Assembly (NCBI RefSeq): GCF_964213995.1
Contig: NW_027590121.1
Location: 744,001 to 808,000, forward strand
DNA length: 64,000 nucleotides
Source: Mustelus asterias
Taxonomy: Eukaryota
Direction of reading: 5' to 3'
Positions 56,123-64,000 of the stretch are shown here, in pieces; positions within the stretch are counted from its first letter, which is position 1, and each line of letters starts with the position of its first letter. The position numbers were made by a program, and so were the translations under genes. A model generated the notes under the pieces. The model had not been told where the DNA came from. It did not search any database and saw only the letters and a list, made by a program, of their open reading frames with translations.

Positions 56123-58846
56123 CATTTACTCAGTCTTAAAAACATTCAATGACTCTGTCTTCACTGCTCTCTGGGGAAGAGAAACCAAAGACCCTCTGAG
56201 AGAAAAAAACATTTCAATCTCTCTGTCTCAAACATCTCAAGTCTAGTTCGCTCTCCAGTGCCACCCAGAGAAAGCCAGGCCTGTGAAGGAGGGAGAGAGG
56301 GAGATGGAGAAGAACAAAATGAAAGGTCTGCAAACTGACAAAATGATTCACGGCTCAATACCAAAGCGAGTGGTAATGGGACAAGTAAAGTCACAAAAGA
56401 TGTTCTGGATGAGGTGTGAATAGCAGCAGTCTGAATACGAAGTAAAGAAAACAAGAGGTGAAAAAAGCAACAACGAAACACAGAACGCAAAGGGGGCAGA
56501 GAATGTGGTGTAAAATTGTTGAACTCAGTTTTGTTCCGAAGGTTGTAAGATACCTCTTTCAGTTGCGGGAAATATATTTCCCAGTTCGATGACAGGTCAC
56601 ATTCAGTCTGTTTCTCTCTCCACAGAGGCTGCCTGACTTGTTGAGTGTTTCCAGCCAAAACAGAAAATGCTGGAAAATCTCAGCAGGTCTGGCAGCATCG
56701 GTAAATAGAGAAAAGAGCTGCCGTTTCGAGTCCAGATGACTCTCTTGACAAAAGCAACAATTTGCTTTCATTCATGAGTATTCCCAGCGTTTTCTGTTTT
56801 ATGTCACAGAGAATGTGTAAGAATTGTCACACCCGGAACAGATGTCTCTTCCTCGGGACACTCCAGCTCGGGTCAGGGTGGGGGGATAATGTTCACTGTT
56901 TTATATTTGTGTCTGGCGCGAATAATACCTTAGATTAAACGGAGAAGTTTTTTTAAACTGAGGAGAGTAACTGCATTTGGGCGCTGACTTTAAACAACGT
57001 TAACCAGCCCGGGCTGCTGGAGAAACATTTAGGGATTTGTGAGCAGTCAGTTCCGGCTGGTTTGAAGTGAAATCCTGTCGGTGCTGCGGCAAATCTGAAC
57101 TCAAACCAGACAAACTGGAACCGCTGGGTTAGAGATTCCGGGTGTTGGGATGTGGAGGCTGGGGGAGGGGGAGATGGCGGTAAAACTCTGAGCCTGAGTT
57201 TAGACAGGGTGAGTGGGGTAAAGGGGAGGAGTGACAGTTAATGTGGGATTCAGGGGCAATAGCAGAAGGTGGGAATCTCTGGAAAAGAGCAATGGGGGTA
57301 AAGGCCTTCACAGAATGTTTGTTTAAATGAAGATAAAAGCAAAACACTGCGGATGCTGGAATCTGAAACATAAACAGAAAATGCTGGAAAATCTCAGCAG
57401 GTTTGACAGCATCTGTGGAGAGAGAATGGAGTTAATGCTTCCAGTCTGGATGATCACAGATGTGATCAGACCTGCTGAGGTTTTCCAGCACTTTCTGTTT
57501 TTGATTAACTGAAGGTTCAGCAGGTAAACAAGCAGCGAGTTCACACACACTGAACCCAGGGGAAGAGGTGACCCAGGATAAGGTACAGGCGCAGCTCAGT
57601 GAGGCTCTGCAATGTCCATCAACACATCCACATTGAGAGCTTAGAGCGCCAAGGGGGAGGGGAAGGAGAGACTATTTGGGACACAGCAGGAGGTCACCCC
57701 TCCCCCCACTCTGTGGTTCCACATCCCTCCCACACCTGGACAGGGTTGGCTCAAGGTGCAGGAAGCTGCAAGCTGAGAGGCTGAGCTGTGAACTGGACGG
57801 GGTTGGGGCTTTGAGTGACAGCCCTGGGGCTATATCAGGACAGGAACTGCCACAGATTCTCCCTTTTTTCCGTGGAGCTGTGTTGGTGAGTGTTGGTGCA
57901 CTCTGGTTTCTCTTGATCCTATAAATATTTTAGTGTAACCTCTGTCTCGCTGTCTTGGTAATGGGGGTGGGTTGTACATTGCTGTGCGTGTTGACGAGAT
58001 AACCTGTCCTCAGCTAGTTTCGGTCTGCAGATTCCATTTCTCAGCCCAGTCTGCTGCTCTGTCTCTGTCTCTCTGTACTTTGCTGCAGTGCTCCACGTTC
58101 TGAGCAACATCCAGCCCATTGTTATCGCCTGGAAAAAGCGGCAAACTGCCTTCACTGGTTAACATTTTTGCCTCACAGCGCCAGGGACCCGGGTTCAATG
58201 CCAGCCTCGGGTCACTGTCTGTGTGGAGTTTGTGCATTGTCCCCGTGTCTGCGTGGGTTTCCTCCGGGTGCTCCGGTTTCCTTCCACCGTCCAAAGATGT
58301 GCAGGTTAAGTGGATTGACCATGCTTACAATTGTCCCTTAGTGTCCCACCATGTATAGGTTCTAATCTGATTTATTATTGTCACATGTACTGGAATAGAG
58401 TGAGAAGTAATATTTCTTCCGTACTATGCAGGCAAAACGTACGTTGAGAAAGTACATGGGGGAAAGGAAAAACGTAGGGTGCAGAACATATTGTTGCAGT
58501 TACCGGTAGGGTGAAGAGAAAGGTCAGTCGGGGGATTAACAGGGAAAATGCGTGAGGTTACAGGGATAGGGGGCGTGCTTGGGAAAGGTGCTCAGCCGTA
58601 AGTTCAGTCCACACTCAATGGGTCCAATGGCCTCCTTCTGTGTTGTAAGGATTCTGTGATTAGTGAATTACGGTGAACAACCATTGAATAGAGGGGTTTC
58701 TGGGGCGCAGAGCATTGTGGGAATTGTGACCGCCATTAGTCAGTGCCTGACTCTAAATGTTTCATTGCAGTCTGAGGGCAAGTCAGCAACCTGAGCTCTC
58801 AATTCTGTTTGTCACTCCTCAGAGACTGCCTGGCCTGCTGAATATC

Positions 58847-59755
58847 ATAAGAAGTCTCACAACACCAGATTAAAGTCCAACAGATTTATTTGGTAGCAAA
58901 ATCCACTAGCTTTCGGAGCGCTGCTCCTTCGTCAGGTGAGTGGGAGTTCTTTTCATAAACTCAATTTACAAAATAATTATTGGAATGCGAGTCTTTACAG
59001 GTAATCAAGTCTTAAAGGTACAGACAATGTGAGTGGAGAGAGGGTTAAGCACAGGTTAAAGAGGTGTGTATTGTCTCCAGACAGGACAGTTCATGAGATT
59101 TTGTAAGTCCAGGCAAGTCGTGGGGATTACAGATAGTGTGACATGACCCCAAGATCCTGGGTGAGGCCGTCCTCATGTGTGCGGAACTTGGCTATCAGTC
59201 TCTGCTCAGCGACTCTGCGCTGTCATGTGTCATGAAGGCCACCTTGGAGAACGCTTACCCGAAGATCAGAGGCCGATGATCTTCAGGTAAGCATTCTCCA
59301 AGGCGGCCTTCACGACACACGACAGCGCAGAGTCACTGAGAAGAGACTGATAGCCAAGTTCCGCACACATGAGGACGGCCCCAACCGGGATCTTGGGGTC
59401 ATGTCACACTATCTGTAATCCCCACGACTTGCCTGGACTTGCAAAATCTCATGAACTGTCCTGTCTGGAGACAATACACATCTCTTTAACCTGTGCTTAA
59501 CCCTCTCTCCACTCACATTGTCTGTACCTTTAAGACTTGATCCCCTGTAAAGTCTCGCATTCCAATCATTATTTTGTAAATTGAGTTTGTGTCTTTATAT
59601 GCCCTGTTTGTGAAAAACTCCCACTCACCTGATGAAGGAGCAGCACTCCGAAAGCTAATGGATTTTTTTACCAAATAAACCTGTTGGACTTTAACCTGGT
59701 GTTGTGAGACTTCTTACACTGTTTACCCCAGTCCAATGCCAGCATCTCCACATCA
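58847..59755. mobile_element. Long palindromic Penelope derivative (~430-bp arms)
   Basis: Arms fold back at ~59270. CTGCTGAATATC is duplicated at 58835-58846 and 59756-59767. Hammerhead motifs at 58904-58938 (-) and 59626-59662 (+). Confidence 0.9.
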
Positions 59756-60074
59756 CTGCTGAATATCTCCAAGATTTATTCTCTTTATTCCAGATACAAT
59801 CTCTACAGAGTTTTGTTCCAGTACATGTAGGTTAGGGGGATTAGTGGGTAAATATGGAGGGATATGGGGTAGGGCCTGGGTGGGATTGTGGTCGGTGCAG
59901 ACTTGATGGGCCAAATGGCCTCTTTCTGCACTGTAGGGTTTCTATGTTCTATTGTTTTATTGTATCGAGATTAGAAACACAGGCTGACTAGTTCGGAGCC
60001 AGTTTGAATCAGGCTGCGTGTTGGATGCAGAACTCAGTCCCTGGCCTCCTATGGCGACCAGAACTGGACGCAGT

Positions 60075-61050
60075 CGGCCGCATTTGGAAGACTGCGTCCA
60101 GTTCTGGTCGCCACACTACCAGAAGGACGTGGAGGCTTTGGAGAGAGTACAGAGGAGGTTTACCAGGATGTTGCCTGGTATGGAGGGGCTTGGTTATGAG
60201 GAGAGATTGGGGAAACTGGGGTTGTTCTCCTTGGAAAGACGGAGGATGAGGGGAGACTTAATAGAGGTGTATAAAATTATGAAAGGCATAGATAGGGTGA
60301 ACGGTGGGAAGCTTTTCCCCGGGTCGGTGGTGACGTTCACGAGGGGTCATAGGTTCAAGGTGAAGGTGGGGAGGTTTAACACAGATATCAGAAGGACATA
60401 TTTTACACAGAGGGTTGTGGGGGCCTGGAATGTGTTGCCGGGCAAGGTGGTGGAGGCGGACACACTGGGAACGTTTAAGACTTATCTAGACAGCTATATG
60501 AACGGAGTGGGAATGGAGGGATACAAAAGAGTGGTCTAGTTTGGACCAGGGAGCGGCGCGGGCTAATTGTTCTTTGTTTCTCATTTCAAGGCTTCATTCT
60601 ATGATCATCTTGCTGGTGCCAGTACAGAGCGAGACTGCGGATAGTTGGGAACCTGTCTCGGGGGCAGGGAATTCATATGGTGTTTGTAAAACAGAAGTGG
60701 AAATGAATAGGGTTGGGAAGCATTTTCTGATCAGGGCCAGTGTGATCTCCTGGACTCGTTTCGATCGCCTCAGGGGGTCGGAGAGGAATTTCCCAGATTT
60801 TTTTCCCCATATTGGCCCTGGGGTTTTCACTCTGGGTTTTCGCCTCTCCCTGGAGATCACATGGTCTGGAATGGGGGGGTGGGGGTGAGTTAATAGGTTG
60901 TGATGAACAAAGCATCGTAGCTGTGAGGGACAGCTCGGTGGATAGGATATTAGGATGTAGATAGGCTGGAAAATTGGGCGGGGATCCTGGATTCAGGATT
61001 CAATCCTGGACCGGGGAGCGGCGCGGGCTTGGAGGGCCGAAGGGCCTGTT
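60075..61050 (+). mobile_element. CR1 3' fragment with an insert in its 3' UTR
   Basis: RPHLEDCVQFWSP...FTQRVVGAWNVLP; direct repeat at 60542-60564 and 61007-61029. Confidence 0.8.
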
Positions 61051-61278
61051 CCTGTGCTGTATTGTTCTTTGAGTGTTTTTGTTATTGTTGCTTCAGTCTG
61101 AACTCTATTTATAACCTGTCTCTGTGGGCTCTCTCTCAATCCACTTTTTCTCTGTTTCAAATCAATTTCACAGGAACTAGGATGAGACGATTTGCAGTGA
61201 GGAAACAAGAAATAAATATCATATCAGAATCTGACAGTCATCTCATTTATCGTAACTGAATATCAGTGGATTTTGAAC

Positions 61279-61980
61279 ATGGAAGGAAAACGCACCGTTC
61301 ACAGTGGAGAGAAACCATACATGTGTTCTGTGTGTGGACGAGACTTCAGCCGATCATCTGGCCTATCGAGACACAAGTGCAGTCACTCCATGGAAAAACT
61401 GTGGAAATGTGTGGACTGTGGAAAGGAATTCAATTACCCATTCCAGCTGAAAATTCATTGGCGCATTCACACTGGGGAGAGGCCATTCACCTGCTCTGAG
61501 TGTGGCAAAGGATTTACTGAGTCAGGAAATCTGGTGTCACACCAGCGCATTCACACTGGGGAAAGGCCATTCATCTGCTCAGAGTGTGGGAAGGGCTTCA
61601 CTCGGTCATCCAACCTGCTGACACATCAGCGGGTTCACACTGATGAGAGGCCTTTTAAATGCTCAGACTGTGGGAAGTGCTACAAAAGTTCTGATGCACT
61701 CATGTCCCATCAACGTATTCACACTGACGAGAGACCATTCAGGTGCTCTCACTGTGGGACTAGGTTCAGGCATTCATGTAACCTCATTGTACACCAGCGC
61801 ACCCACACTGGGGAAAGGCCATTCACCTGCTCTCAGTGTGGGAAGGGATTCAGTCAGTCCTCCAATCTGCTGACACACCAGCGAGTTCACACTGGGGAGA
61901 GGCCATTCATCTGCTCTGAATGTGGGAAGGGATTCACTCAGGCATTCCACCTGCTTAGACACCAAATAATTCACAAGTAA
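61279..61980 (+). CDS. Tandem C2H2 zinc-finger protein, 8 fingers
   Basis: AACATGG start, eight intact fingers, acceptor TTTCACAG at ~61172, AATAAA at ~62097. Confidence 0.9.
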   Translation: MEGKRTVHSGEKPYMCSVCGRDFSRSSGLSRHKCSHSMEKLWKCVDCGKEFNYPFQLKIHWRIHTGERPFTCSECGKGFTESGNLVSHQRIHTGERPFICSECGKGFTRSSNLLTHQRVHTDERPFKCSDCGKCYKSSDALMSHQRIHTDERPFRCSHCGTRFRHSCNLIVHQRTHTGERPFTCSQCGKGFSQSSNLLTHQRVHTGERPFICSECGKGFTQAFHLLRHQIIHK

Positions 61981-63027
61981 CCACAGTGATTGGAATCTGC
62001 TGTTAATCCTATCCATGACTGTAATGTGTTAATTGGATTTTTGCTGATAATGAACTCCAGCCAGTTGTGTGGTTTAATATTCTGAATAGAAGTCAAAATA
62101 AACCAGCTTTGTGTTTAATACTGTGTTGAATCTTTTTCACATCATCAACATATCTGAATTCCTTTTTGAAGTGCTCTCTCATGTCGGAATACTTTTAAAC
62201 TTTAGGTTGAAATTGCGATTGGGAAATTAGATTAAATGTGTTTATTCCACAATTGCTTCTCTGAAATTCCCCAGAACACCCAACTTCTGCCTTCCCGCAT
62301 TGTTGCTGTACGTTCTGTAAAAGGGAAGATGAAACAGAGGAGTCTCAATCTAATCCGCACTCTCATTAATCTGTTCTAGTGTCATTGCATTCTCTCACGT
62401 CATTTACATGTTTCCCAATGTTGGAGACCTGCCTTTCAGTGAGCAGAAATATCCCAATCTGGGATTTAATCAATGTGCCCATTAGGAAAATCACTTTATT
62501 GTTAAGGGCACGGGTGGGAATGAATTCCCTGGTCTTGTTATTGTCAGGCGGAAGCCCTGGCTTACGAATTGTGTCAGAAAACATTTCACAGATATACAAA
62601 ATGAGAATGAACATTGATGGTAACTTGTTCCCAGGGATTGTTTTAAATAGCACAATGGCAACCTTGCGAAATGCATATGTTCTATAAACTGTCCGTTAGG
62701 CAGCAAAATACTCTGACCAAACAGACCCTTTGAGCAAAGCGACCTCGAAACGGACAGTCAAGATGGGGAAAGTGCTACACAGTAATTACACGAGCAAGGA
62801 AATATCATCAAAGGACTGAGCATGAGTGAACGAAGCATAACTGTATTTTTAGTATAGTTGCAAGTTAAAAACCCAACTGCGGCACAGCTGTTCAGGTTGA
62901 GTGTTCTGTTTTGATTTGATATTTCATTTATGATCTTGTGACTCTTTCTGTGGACACGATATAATTGTTTCTGTTTATCGGTGCGGGAGCGCCCTCTGCT
63001 GATCTCTAACCGGAACCCCCAGTCTGG

Positions 63028-63067
63028 GGTTTTTGGGCGGAGTTCGCTGTATTTCTGCACCAGTGTG
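63028..63067 (-). other. Recombination signal sequence (23-type)
   Basis: Heptamer CACACTG (63067-63061), 24-nt spacer, nonamer CCAAAAACC (63036-63028), directly after YFCAME. Confidence 0.8.
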
Positions 63068-63371
63068 AACTCCATGGCACAGAAATACACGGCGCTGTCA
63101 GGCAGAAGAGCCCTGGCGATTTTTAAAGGAACAGTGTTGTTTCCTTTGTGCAAAGCAGCCGAGAACCTATCTGACAAATCCGGAGACGTATCGGTATTGC
63201 CCGAGCTATGTATCTTCATCAAATATCTCAGAGCTTGCCCGGGATAGTGGATGCACCAGAACACAGTTTGAAAAGCAGCTGTCGAGTATTTACAGTCCAA
63301 CAATATGCTCTGTCCTTCCAGAACGCTTCATTTAGATCGATCTTGAAACACTGAAGCTTCAACATTTATCC
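63068..63371 (-). pseudogene. T-cell receptor alpha/delta-like V segment, pseudogene
   Basis: Acceptor TTGTTACAG, then phase-1 exon INVEASVFQDRSK*SVLEGQSILLDCKYS...VFWCIHYPGQALRYL...DRFS...DSAVYFCAME. In-frame TGA at 63328-63330. No leader exon identified. Confidence 0.82.
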
Positions 63372-63483
63372 CTGTAACAAAACACAGAAGATATCAAATA
63401 TCTCAGAGCGAAGAGAGCCCATGGAACAGACACTGATCATTCAAACATCGGCTTAATGCTGGAAATTTTCAGTCACATCAACA

Positions 63484-63726
63484 CTTCAATGAAGTTAATG
63501 TGAAAATCCCCTAGTCGCCATACTCTGGCGCCTGTTCGGATACACTTAGGGAAACTTTAGCATGGCCAATGCACATTACCAGCACATCTTTCGGACTGCG
63601 GGAGGAAACCGGAGCACCCGGAGGAAACTCACACAGACACAGGGAGAATTTTCAGACTCCACACAGACAGTGACTGAACCCAGGTCCCCAGCGCTGTAAC
63701 GCAGCACGGCTAACCACTGTGCCACG
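63484..63726 (-). mobile_element. V-SINE (HE1-like) in the V-gene intron region
   Basis: GGAGGAAACCGGAGCACCCGGAGGAAAC core and tRNA head on the minus strand. Confidence 0.8.
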
Positions 63727-64000
63727 ATGTCGGATTATTCTTGCAGTACTTTTACTATTGCAATGTAATTTGATGCAGTTGAACGTATGCATGAGAGATA
63801 ATCCCAACTTTATTTTGTTGCTGGCGATTCGCTTTATTCAATTAATAGTGGTTATAAACGCCCATTTTAAACAAGAAGGAGCCACCAAGATTCCGATAAG
63901 ATGCCTAGTCTAAAATAACAACACAAGATGCAAACATGACCCTGGATTCACATTCATTTCCTATATTCTTTAGTTATTTGCATTTAAATCTTTCCATCGT

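Noticed and set aside
56830-57200. Promoter/exon 1 of the 61279 ZNF gene
   Set aside because: Mildly CpG-rich and plausible, but there is no clear homology or motif set strong enough to call it.
63719-63775. Hydrophobic IILAVLLLLQ + GTAATT as the leader exon of the V segment
   Set aside because: It is on the opposite strand to the V exon and has no in-frame ATG outside the SINE; it cannot be assigned.

Overview
Vertebrate genomic DNA, almost certainly a cartilaginous fish: it carries V-SINE/HE1-like and Deu-type SINEs, CR1, Rex1, RTE and Penelope elements and a TCR-type V segment. The species cannot be assigned from this window. The window is a cluster of tandem C2H2 zinc-finger genes with no recognisable KRAB, SCAN or BTB domain. 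There are 7 finger arrays: 5 ATG-started intact ORFs, 1 intact array lacking the family ATG and 1 with a premature stop. At least 2 further copies were destroyed by TEs, and there are several exon remnants. Most copies are built from the same cassette: a CpG-rich, apparently bidirectional promoter with non-coding exon 1, a 66-nt exon 2, and exon 3 (fossil fingers, then MEKPWKC and the finger array), followed by a shared 3' UTR. Retroelements are dense and often nested: a Gypsy 3' half with LTR, a CR1 with esterase ORF1, and many Penelope copies and fold-back derivatives whose terminal repeats carry minimal hammerhead-ribozyme motifs. A TCR alpha/delta-like V pseudogene with its RSS lies at the right end, about 1 kb from the last ZNF gene. 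All coordinates and alignments were read by eye; exon structures and family names are inferences until checked computationally.
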